From contig JAXLWI010000003.1 of NCBI GenBank assembly GCA_046328575.1, positions 52-64,051 of the forward strand: DNA of 64,000 nt. The letters run 5' to 3'. Source of the DNA: Anaerolineae bacterium (GTDB taxonomy: Bacteria > Chloroflexota > Anaerolineae > Fen-1058). Positions 7,995-16,513 of the stretch are shown here, piece after piece. The translations under genes were made by a program, and so were the position numbers. The notes below the pieces were generated by a model. That model saw nothing but the letters and a program-made list of their open reading frames with translations, was not told where the DNA came from and did no database searches. Position 1 is the stretch's first letter, and the number at the start of each line of letters is the position of its first letter.

Positions 7995-10900
7995 GTGATG
8001 TTAAACAAATCTAGATCCTCTTCCTCAGAATCACAAGATTTTGCCAATGGCCTCAGTCTGATGAGCCAGATTGGTCAGGCGATTGTTGCCACACTGGAGC
8101 CAGGTAAACTGATTGAGGAAATCTACCATCAGACACACAAAGTCATCCCGGCCAACATCTTTACCCTTTCTCTGTTTACCGATGACCCGAATTGGATAGA
8201 TATGTTTGCGGTGGATAAGGGGCAAGTCGTCCAGGAGCGGCGTCGCATCGGCACCCTCACCCGATGGGTGGTCGAGCAGCGCACGCTGTTTTCTACGCCC
8301 GATGATCAAGTACAACTTCCTCCTGTACCAGTCACACGAATCGAAACCGACACCGTTGAAGAACCGCGTGCCTATATATTGATCCCGATGATCACCCACG
8401 ACAAAGTTGTAGGCGTCATCTCAGTTCAAAGTTATGAGCCGGATGCTTTCAATGACATGCATCTTGCCATGCTATCGGCCATCGCCAGCCACTCGGCGAT
8501 TGTGATTGAGAATAACCGTCTACTGGCCCAAGCGCAACACCGTGCCGCCGAACTGGCCAGTTTGGAACGGATCGGCTACGAACTGGCACGCCTGACGAAC
8601 ATTGAGGATGTGCTGAAGAAGATCATTACTGAGGCCAAAGACCTGCTCACAGCCGATTCCATGTCGATTTTTGCGTATGATGAGCGGCGCGGCAAGTTTC
8701 GCCCCCCGGCTTTTATTCTCAGGCCTGGAGCCGCCGGGCCTGTCGCGCGTGAACGACCACCGCGCGAGATTGGTCTGACCATCAGGGTTGTTCGACTTCA
8801 CTGTGCCATTTTTACCGAAGTCGCGGCGGACGGTCAAGTACTGTTTGCGGAGACCCCGATCGGCCAAAACGTCGAAGTGGCTCAACGGAAGACCTTTGAG
8901 TTTACCGACCAGGACACGCTCGAATTCTTGCAGGCGCAGAATGTGCGCTCATCCATTGGCTTTCCACTTAGCGCGGGTCGGGATATTGTAGGCGTGCTGT
9001 ATATTAACTACCAACGGCCGCATACCTTCGGCCAGGATGAGTTCCAAACCATCGGCCGATTGGCGCAATATGCGGGCACGGCGATCCAACGGGCCAACGT
9101 CTACGGCGAGATCCGAGCGTTGCATCAGGCGGGCCATGCGCTGACCGGGCAAACCGAGATGCGAGCCGTGCTCAACAAACTCGTCGAGTATGGACATGAA
9201 GTGCTGGGGGCCGATCTGATTACGGTCTTTCCCTATCATGCCGGGGCGGACGAGTTTGAACTGCCGCCGGTCGTGTCAGGCGTGGCCCTGAAACCGGACC
9301 AACTTTTGCCGCCGCAAATCAAGTCCGATGATACTGTACGCCGGATCGTAACAGAGAAAAGCGCCCACTTCAGTCGAGACGCGCAGATAGATCCTTTGCT
9401 GGCAGGGTCCGATCCGGCTCTGCGGGAGTCTCGCTTTGTGAGTCGGGAGCAGATTGTCTCGGCGGCGGCGATTCCTTTACGTACCAACGATGATGTCGTA
9501 GGCGCACTGTTTTTCAATTATCGAACCCGGCAACGATTTGGCTCTCATCAGCGGACACTGATCGAAACCTTTGCGGCGTATGCGGCGACGGCCATTCAAC
9601 GGGCTCGATTGCTAGACCGCCGCCTCAAGGAGTTGCGGGCGCTGGCTGAGATTGATGCGGCGATCACATCGGGCAGTCTGCGAGATGTGTTGGACAAAAT
9701 CATTCAGTCAGCGTGTGAGATCGTGGGCGCCAAAGATGGCAATATTCTCTTGTTACATGAAAGTGGAGAGTATCTGTATCTTGCCGCTCGGCAGGGTGAG
9801 GCGTGGCGCAGTGGGGCGCCGGAACGATTTGAAACTGGTACGAGCAGTGTGACTGGCTGGGTTGCCGCGCACAAAAAAACAGCCCGGATTGGCAATGTCC
9901 GTACCGAGGAACCGTGGAAGGACATCTACCTCGAAGTAATCCCTGACATCCAATCGGAATTGAGTGTGCCAATCCTTGATGAGCAGAAGCAGCTGGTTGG
10001 GATCATCTTTTTAGACAGCAAGGCGGCTCACGCTTTTTCGGCCGACGACGAGCGGCTGCTGGAGGCTCTGGCCGGGCAAGCCTATATTGCCATTCGCAAC
10101 CGGCGTCAATTTGAAGCCGAGCAACGCGCACTCCGAGAACTGCACCTGTTGAGAGAGATCGATAACGCCGTCAGTTCGACGCTGAATACCCAAGAAGTCT
10201 TGCAGCTGATTGTGGACAAGATCGATACGTTAATTGATGCCCCGATCTTCGTCGTGATGCTGGCTGATGAACGGCGAGGAGATTTGTATCAAGCCGCCGG
10301 GCGAGGAGTAGTTGCAGATCTCAAGTATCATCGTCAGAAGATAGGTACAGGGATCGTAGGCCAGGTGGCGCTGACCCATCAAAGTGTGCGGATTGGAGAT
10401 GTTAATGCATTAGTAGGAGAGGTGGATTATCTGCAAGTCGTATCAGACACTCGCTCGGAGTTGGCGGTTCCCATCCTGCAAGGTGACCAACTGGTGGGGG
10501 TGCTGAACGTTGAAAGTCCTCAAGTGAACGCGTTCAATGCGGACGATGAGCGACTGTTGAACAGCCTAGCCTCACTGGCAGTCGTCGGGATCCAAAACTC
10601 ACGTCTCTATGAACAGGAGCAGCGTTCCCGAAAGGTGATAGACATCTTGCGCGACGTCGATAAAGCGATCGCTTTCTTGGCTGTTAATCCGCCCGATCAT
10701 CCCGTGCAAAGCCTCGCGGAGGCATTGAGTCCGGTGCTCCAAATTATCCTCAACCGTGGCCTGGAAGCTGTCGGTGCGGTGGTAGGTAGTATCATGTTGT
10801 ATGATGAGGCGACCGATGACTTATATATGGCGGCCGAGCAGGGAGTCTTGTCAGAGTATCGAAACGCGCGACAGAAGATCGGCCAAGAAAAAGGTATCAT

Positions 10901-12887
10901 TGGAAAGGTAGCGTTAGAGAGACAAATATTGCGGATAGATGACGTAACCGCTACACCTTGGAACACCCAGTATCAAGAGTATACGCCCGGAATGCGTTCA
11001 GAATTGGCTGTACCGCTGATGCACCAAAACCGATTAGTGGGTGTCCTCAACGCTGAAAGCCCTCGGATGAGCGCTTTCGGACCTGACGAGGAAAACCTGT
11101 TCGAGACCTTAGCCGGGCAGGCCGTGATCGCATATTTGAATGCGGAAAGATATCAAGCCCTGCAAACGCTCCGAGATATCAATCAATTGCTAGCTTCAGG
11201 CTATGATACCAGTGAAGTGCTGAAGTTGATCTTGGAGTATGCCTGCACCTTCTTCCGGGTCAAGTGGGGAAACCTACGGGTATATGATCCCAGTGGCCGC
11301 CCTACGCGTGACTACGTACTGGTCACGTCAGCCTTGGATCACGCTCCTGACATCCGGGTGATTGATTTACGATTGGCCACTCATGAACGTTGGCTCGATA
11401 GAGGCATCGTGGACTGGGTTGCGCAGCATCGCACGCTGTTTCGCTCTCAGGGTGATGTGCGCAACGATCAACGCTTTTTGAGCTTTCCAGGCCTTGAGAT
11501 TCGTTCGGAGATGACCGCGCCGCTTTCAGTTGGGCCGGATCTAGTGGGCGTGCTGAACCTGGAGAGCGAACGTCCCGGTGCCTTTGATGAAGAGGATGAA
11601 AATCGAATGGGGGACTTCAGCGCGCAGGCCGCGCTGGCCGTGCAGAATGCACGTAACCTGGCCGAGTTGCAAGAGACACAGGAGCGCTTTTCAGCCCTCT
11701 ATGAAGTGGGGAGCGAGATTATCACGGCTCCCTTGAATGAACAGAAGATTCTTGAAATTGCCCTGAATGCCGGGCTAAACCGCACCGGGGTCTTCCACGC
11801 AATTGCCTGGCAACCCGATCGAGACGGCAAACAATTGGAAGCGCGTCTGGTGCTGGGCGAGCAGCAATCCGAGCCGCACGAGCCTATTCCCCGCGATGGC
11901 ACACTTGTTAACAGCGTGGCATGGCAAAAGCGGTCAGAGATCCTGGTCGACGACGTGACAGCGCCACCGGAGGGAGTAAAGCATCGGCCCGGATATACGC
12001 GGACAGGCTCAATGCTGGTTATGCCGATGATGGCAGGCGGCGAGTATTTCGGCAACCTGGACTTTCGGCACAAAGACCCTCACGGATTCAAACAGGAGGA
12101 AATCCGCCTGCTCAATGGCTTGACTGCGCAAGCGGCCAATGCAATACGTCGCATCCGCCATGAAAGAGAACTGGACCAATTCCGACAACGTGAGCACGAA
12201 GCGCGAGCCATGACAGATATTGGTATGGCTGCCGGCGAATTGGGGCACCGGATTGGTAATAAACTTGGCCTATTCAAAACTCATATTGAGGCAATCAAAG
12301 AACAGATTGGCTCGAGTTATCAAGATATCACTCGACGACTGGACTATATGTCAACAAATGTGCAATACTTGCTAACGTTAACCCAACAGTTGAAGCAAGA
12401 ATTGAATGACCGAACGAGTGGAGTTAAGAAGCAGAAAAAGGATTATTCTGCAGCAGTTGTGTTATTTGAAGCATGTAACTCGAAGACTCCGTCGGAATTC
12501 ATTCATGTGCAAATGGACCCTCCAACAGACGACCTTATAGTGAGGGCGGATGATAGCATTTTTGATGCTTTCATTAATATCTACAGTAATGCAATTGAAG
12601 CGCTTGAGTTGCAGGGCGGCACAATCTATATGAGTGCCTGTCAAATTAATGGTTGGATTGAATTCAGGATAGCAGATGATGGCCCGGGCATAGAAGCAGG
12701 AAAACTCGACAAGATCTTTAACTTGTTCTATTCGACCAAGCAAAATAGTCTGGGTTTTGGATTGTTTAGCGCTAAACAACGGGTATTGGCCAACGGTGGA
12801 CAAATCGAAGTACACAGTAAGATTGGAGAAGGGACCACGTTTATAATTCGACTGCCGTCAGCGTTAGCCAAAGAGGTGCGATCATGA
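7995..12887 (+). CDS. Sensor histidine kinase with eight tandem GAF domains and an NtrB-like kinase core (H-box GELGHRIGNKLG, N/G1/G2 boxes NIYSNAIEA/DDGPGI/GFGLF)
   Basis: 1630 aa. Repeated GAF signature (SELAVPIL.GD.LVGVLNVES.....F...DE.LL) about 8 times. C-terminal HATPase_c. Probable start ATG 7998 (GTG 7995 in the ORF track). Stop overlaps the next start (ATGA). Confidence 0.85.
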   Translation: MMLNKSRSSSSESQDFANGLSLMSQIGQAIVATLEPGKLIEEIYHQTHKVIPANIFTLSLFTDDPNWIDMFAVDKGQVVQERRRIGTLTRWVVEQRTLFSTPDDQVQLPPVPVTRIETDTVEEPRAYILIPMITHDKVVGVISVQSYEPDAFNDMHLAMLSAIASHSAIVIENNRLLAQAQHRAAELASLERIGYELARLTNIEDVLKKIITEAKDLLTADSMSIFAYDERRGKFRPPAFILRPGAAGPVARERPPREIGLTIRVVRLHCAIFTEVAADGQVLFAETPIGQNVEVAQRKTFEFTDQDTLEFLQAQNVRSSIGFPLSAGRDIVGVLYINYQRPHTFGQDEFQTIGRLAQYAGTAIQRANVYGEIRALHQAGHALTGQTEMRAVLNKLVEYGHEVLGADLITVFPYHAGADEFELPPVVSGVALKPDQLLPPQIKSDDTVRRIVTEKSAHFSRDAQIDPLLAGSDPALRESRFVSREQIVSAAAIPLRTNDDVVGALFFNYRTRQRFGSHQRTLIETFAAYAATAIQRARLLDRRLKELRALAEIDAAITSGSLRDVLDKIIQSACEIVGAKDGNILLLHESGEYLYLAARQGEAWRSGAPERFETGTSSVTGWVAAHKKTARIGNVRTEEPWKDIYLEVIPDIQSELSVPILDEQKQLVGIIFLDSKAAHAFSADDERLLEALAGQAYIAIRNRRQFEAEQRALRELHLLREIDNAVSSTLNTQEVLQLIVDKIDTLIDAPIFVVMLADERRGDLYQAAGRGVVADLKYHRQKIGTGIVGQVALTHQSVRIGDVNALVGEVDYLQVVSDTRSELAVPILQGDQLVGVLNVESPQVNAFNADDERLLNSLASLAVVGIQNSRLYEQEQRSRKVIDILRDVDKAIAFLAVNPPDHPVQSLAEALSPVLQIILNRGLEAVGAVVGSIMLYDEATDDLYMAAEQGVLSEYRNARQKIGQEKGIIGKVALERQILRIDDVTATPWNTQYQEYTPGMRSELAVPLMHQNRLVGVLNAESPRMSAFGPDEENLFETLAGQAVIAYLNAERYQALQTLRDINQLLASGYDTSEVLKLILEYACTFFRVKWGNLRVYDPSGRPTRDYVLVTSALDHAPDIRVIDLRLATHERWLDRGIVDWVAQHRTLFRSQGDVRNDQRFLSFPGLEIRSEMTAPLSVGPDLVGVLNLESERPGAFDEEDENRMGDFSAQAALAVQNARNLAELQETQERFSALYEVGSEIITAPLNEQKILEIALNAGLNRTGVFHAIAWQPDRDGKQLEARLVLGEQQSEPHEPIPRDGTLVNSVAWQKRSEILVDDVTAPPEGVKHRPGYTRTGSMLVMPMMAGGEYFGNLDFRHKDPHGFKQEEIRLLNGLTAQAANAIRRIRHERELDQFRQREHEARAMTDIGMAAGELGHRIGNKLGLFKTHIEAIKEQIGSSYQDITRRLDYMSTNVQYLLTLTQQLKQELNDRTSGVKKQKKDYSAAVVLFEACNSKTPSEFIHVQMDPPTDDLIVRADDSIFDAFINIYSNAIEALELQGGTIYMSACQINGWIEFRIADDGPGIEAGKLDKIFNLFYSTKQNSLGFGLFSAKQRVLANGGQIEVHSKIGEGTTFIIRLPSALAKEVRS

Positions 12888-13303
12888 GAGTGCTAATAAT
12901 AGACGAAGATCGGTATTGGCGTGAGATGGCCTGGATGTGCCTGCGACAGGTGGGGTACCGTGTAGACGCGGTTGCTGATTCTCTCCGGCTACAACAGTTT
13001 CTCGCAAAGTGTCCGGATATCATCTTATTGGGATTCTCAGTCATTCGGCCACATGACGAAGATCTAGTCGCCTGTGTACGCAGAACCTGCCCTCAGGCCA
13101 TGACGCTGGTGTTCTCGACATCTTGGCCGATTGCCCAGGCAATCGAGAGACGTTTGCTGCGTAGCGGAGTTGTTGATGTAATGGGGCGCTCTAGCTTCGA
13201 CTGTGATCTGGTTAGCCTTGTCGAGAATGAATATGCTAATCAAACTCAAGAGACGGCTTTGCTCTCAATCTATGGGCGATTCCGTCTACAGGGAGCGAAG
13301 TGA
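12884..13303 (+). CDS. Degenerate (pseudo-)receiver domain protein; phospho-acceptor Asp replaced (PDIILLGFSV)
   Basis: 139 aa with CheY-like fold signature (MRVLIIDEDRYW..., LVFSTS) but Gly at the phospho-acceptor Asp position and no conserved Lys. ATG overlaps the kinase stop. Confidence 0.55.
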   Translation: MRVLIIDEDRYWREMAWMCLRQVGYRVDAVADSLRLQQFLAKCPDIILLGFSVIRPHDEDLVACVRRTCPQAMTLVFSTSWPIAQAIERRLLRSGVVDVMGRSSFDCDLVSLVENEYANQTQETALLSIYGRFRLQGAK

Positions 13304-14910
13304 TGGCGGAACGACGAGTATTAATCGTTGACGATGAAATCGAATGGCAGGAAGAACTGCGTCACATTCTTGTCGGAGGGGGCTATCAAGTTGACACGGC
13401 AGGAAGCCTGGAAGTTGCCTTTGCGTATCTCAACAATCGTCTTTATCACCTGGTCATCATTGACATACGACTGGCAGATCGGGATGTAGACAATGTTGAA
13501 GGCATGAGGATCCTTGAAGAATTACATGCACGTTACGATGATACGACGTTGTCGAAAATCATGATTTCTGCCTATGGCACGCGCGAGCAGATGCGAAAGG
13601 CATTTAAGCAGCACAAGGTCGCCGATTTCATTTCTAAACAAGAATTTGACAAATGCGAGTTTCTGACAATCGTTGAAGACACCTTCATTCAAAATGTTAG
13701 AGTGAATCCGAAACTTGACATTGTTTTAGAGGATGGTTTGTCTTTCGAGAATATGATTGTCGGTATCATTTCCCGCGATGGCAAGCGCGTTAAGAGCGCC
13801 GATGCCGATGTGCCGCGGCTTGTCATGGAACTCGAAGATTTGTTTTGCCGTTTGTTTTATGACGATATGCGCATTATCGTACGAAGGGTTACCTTGGGTC
13901 GTGGCAAAGCGGGTGTTGTCAAGGTGGCACCATTCTCGCATGATGGACATGATGAAACTGTGATTGTTAAGTATGGCGATCATGAAGAAATCGCTCGCGA
14001 GTGTCAAAACTATGAGGACTGCGTCAAGGGCAAGATCGGCATGTTATCCACCAATGTCCTCAATTTGAAAAGAACTCCGTTGTTGGGTGGTGTCGTCTAT
14101 TCGCTGATCGGCACACGTGTTGAAGAGATTGTCGACTTTGCCGAGTTTTATCACAAGCACCCGACTGACCGGATCAAGACAGTTCTCGACCACTTGTTTA
14201 AAGAAACATGTGGCAACTGGTATACTGACCGTGGTAAAGTTCAATACTGCCACCTTGACGACATGTATGAAAAGGCTCTTGATTTTCGGCACTCTCAATT
14301 AATAGATGCTCTGGAAGATAACTTTCCGCATTACCTGGATCAAAAAATACTTGCCTTTCGCGATCTTCCCGACGTGCACGTTCCAAATCCGGCCTATGCG
14401 GTCAAAGGATCAGCGTTCTCTCAGTTGACCTTTGCTTGCACGACCCACGGCGATCTCAATGCTAACAATATCCTAATTGATGTCAATGATCACACGTGGC
14501 TGATCGACTTCTATCGCACAGGTGCAAGCCACATCCTGCGGGATTGCATCCAGTTGGAAACAGTCATCAAATTCGTCTTATTGCCGGGGGTCTTGCAATC
14601 AGGCGAGGAACTAACTGCACGCTATCATCTCGAAAGGGCATTGCTGAACATGAATCGTCTTAAAGAGGCCGACACTTTACATTATGAAGCGCCCCACGAA
14701 GAATATGCGAAGGCCTTTGAAGTTTGTCGCCGATTGCGACAGATTGCCCGCGATTTGGTGCATCCCAACGATGACTTTGCCGAGTACGCAATTGGCCTCT
14801 TATACTGTAGCATGAACACACAGCGTTTCTACAAGCTGCCTAAAATTAACCGCTTGCATGCGCTGCTTGCAGCGGGTATGTTGTGCCAGAAATTGGGGAT
14901 CAACGCCTGA
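13300..14910 (+). CDS. Response regulator: canonical receiver domain fused to a protein-kinase-like / aminoglycoside-phosphotransferase-like domain
   Basis: N-terminal receiver (VLIVDDE..., LVIIDIRLAD, IMISAYGT, FISKQ). C-terminal PKL motifs: Gly-rich loop GRGKAGVVKV, VIVKYG Lys, catalytic HGDLNANNILID, DFG-like LIDFYRTG. Confidence 0.6.
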   Translation: MMAERRVLIVDDEIEWQEELRHILVGGGYQVDTAGSLEVAFAYLNNRLYHLVIIDIRLADRDVDNVEGMRILEELHARYDDTTLSKIMISAYGTREQMRKAFKQHKVADFISKQEFDKCEFLTIVEDTFIQNVRVNPKLDIVLEDGLSFENMIVGIISRDGKRVKSADADVPRLVMELEDLFCRLFYDDMRIIVRRVTLGRGKAGVVKVAPFSHDGHDETVIVKYGDHEEIARECQNYEDCVKGKIGMLSTNVLNLKRTPLLGGVVYSLIGTRVEEIVDFAEFYHKHPTDRIKTVLDHLFKETCGNWYTDRGKVQYCHLDDMYEKALDFRHSQLIDALEDNFPHYLDQKILAFRDLPDVHVPNPAYAVKGSAFSQLTFACTTHGDLNANNILIDVNDHTWLIDFYRTGASHILRDCIQLETVIKFVLLPGVLQSGEELTARYHLERALLNMNRLKEADTLHYEAPHEEYAKAFEVCRRLRQIARDLVHPNDDFAEYAIGLLYCSMNTQRFYKLPKINRLHALLAAGMLCQKLGINA

Positions 14911-14921
14911 GAGGATGAACC

Positions 14922-16487
14922 ATGCGGGTTCTCATAGTAGATGACGAGCAAGAATGGCGCGAGAATCTTTGTGACACCGTTCGATTGGCTATTCACCAAA
15001 CCGTCGAGTGTGTGTTAGCCGCCAGTCTTGAAACGGCTCAAGCCGAACTCAAGCAGGCATCATTTGCGCTTATTCTTAGCGACCTTGGTATTCCGTCCCG
15101 TGATGGCATTTCTGACATATCCCCTGAAAACGGCATGTTGCTCTTGCGACTGATTCGAAGCAACGGGCTTAATCAAGGGGCCATTGGTATCGTCGTTACA
15201 TCTCGTGGAACGCCGACTCGCATGCGGGAAGTGCTTCTTAGGCTCAATTTCTCTGATTTCCTAGAAAAAGACAAATTCGATCAAAAAGAAGCTCAGGAAG
15301 TCATTCGCGCGGCACTTTTCACTGGAGCGTATCAACGTGTTGCCGCGTCACAAGCAACCAAATTTGATTTAACATTTGTGTTGACGAATACCCACTGCGT
15401 CTTCGCAGAGTTGTCTGGTCCGGAACGGTTTGGAGATGTAATTCCCGATCAGCCACTGGTCTTTGAGGCGGAGGAATCGATCCGCCGAGCAGACCGTATT
15501 CGCAAGCTCGTCACTGGTGATCTGCGCCGTGAGATGATTGATGAATGGCGGACTGATGCGCGTGAGACTGGAATGGGCCTCTATCGAAGTCTGTTCGGCG
15601 ACTTGTCATTTGGCGGCATTTTGCGGGCTGGCTCCGAAGGCCCGAAACAGTTTCGCGATCTCCGGCTGTGTTTTCGTGGCACACGCCGTTCGTTGGCTGT
15701 GCCCTTTGAACTCCTACATAATAATTCGGAATACCTGGCGTTAAATCATCCCCTTGTCCGCCAGGTCACCTCGGATCACGCGTCGGCTCGCAAGGCTGCC
15801 GCTTTTCGGACTTCACTTCTCAAACTGCACGAGTCGGATAAGACCCTCAACGTACTCCTGCTTGCTTCAAACGGTGGCGATGATCTGGAGGCGGCTGATC
15901 AGGAAGTGACCCAACTTAAGACCCGCATCGATGACCGTTTAGCCGAGACGGGGGTCCGTCGTAATGTATTAGCTATCTCTACGGCTGAGGCGACCTATAC
16001 ACGCGTCGAGTCAGTGCTGCGCGAACGAAAATGGCATGTCATTCACTATGCCGGGCATGGCCGTTGGAATCCGGATCTCCCGGAGGATAGTGCGTTAATC
16101 TTCATGCATAACGACAAGCCACGGTCGATGCCGGCCAGTGTGTTGCATGATCTTCTGAAAGATTCAGAGACTCTGCTGTTCTTCCTAAATGGGTGCTGGG
16201 GTGCGCGCACGGCCGAACATTCAGAGCAAGGCGACTTGTATGGGTTGATGGACAGCCTAGTACAGGCAGGCACGCCCATTGTTTTGGGCCACCGCTGGAG
16301 TGTATCAGACGGCGCCGCCCGTGATTTAGCGTTGACCTTTTACAATGACCTGCTCCAAAATTGGTCGGCTGAGGATGCGCTCCTCTTGGCGCGGAAAGCC
16401 GTCGTGAGCGAGTCCCCATTCCACGGAGACGACCCGGGTTGGGCCTCGCCTATTTTGGTGGTACAGACTGCATACACCCGCTGCTAA
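14922..16487 (+). CDS. Response regulator: receiver domain fused to a CHAT (caspase-like) peptidase domain
   Basis: Receiver motifs (VLIVDDEQEW, LILSDLGIP, VVTSRGT). C-terminal CHAT signature: VIHYAGHGRW (catalytic His) and LLFFLNGCWGART (catalytic Cys). Confidence 0.75.
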   Translation: MRVLIVDDEQEWRENLCDTVRLAIHQTVECVLAASLETAQAELKQASFALILSDLGIPSRDGISDISPENGMLLLRLIRSNGLNQGAIGIVVTSRGTPTRMREVLLRLNFSDFLEKDKFDQKEAQEVIRAALFTGAYQRVAASQATKFDLTFVLTNTHCVFAELSGPERFGDVIPDQPLVFEAEESIRRADRIRKLVTGDLRREMIDEWRTDARETGMGLYRSLFGDLSFGGILRAGSEGPKQFRDLRLCFRGTRRSLAVPFELLHNNSEYLALNHPLVRQVTSDHASARKAAAFRTSLLKLHESDKTLNVLLLASNGGDDLEAADQEVTQLKTRIDDRLAETGVRRNVLAISTAEATYTRVESVLRERKWHVIHYAGHGRWNPDLPEDSALIFMHNDKPRSMPASVLHDLLKDSETLLFFLNGCWGARTAEHSEQGDLYGLMDSLVQAGTPIVLGHRWSVSDGAARDLALTFYNDLLQNWSAEDALLLARKAVVSESPFHGDDPGWASPILVVQTAYTRC

Positions 16488-16513
16488 AGTCAAACCGTAG
16501 TCAGTATTGCCCA

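Noticed and set aside
8520-8885. Antisense ORFs inside the kinase genes (8031-8399, 8520-8885, 8949-9239 and their counterparts 16574-17713, 17752-18033, 18224-18880)
   Set aside because: They are embedded in, and antisense to, long well-supported GAF-kinase ORFs. Their 'conservation' between the two loci is a consequence of the 4.1-kb gene duplication. They have GC-rich antisense composition typical of spurious frames.
12200-12887. First kinase core as a degenerate or His-less kinase (H-box reads GELGHRIGNKLG rather than HELRTPL)
   Set aside because: The motif aligns well with the NtrB-type H-box (LAHEIKNPLGGI) with the His present, and the N, G1 and G2 boxes are intact. It is a different but canonical HisKA subfamily.
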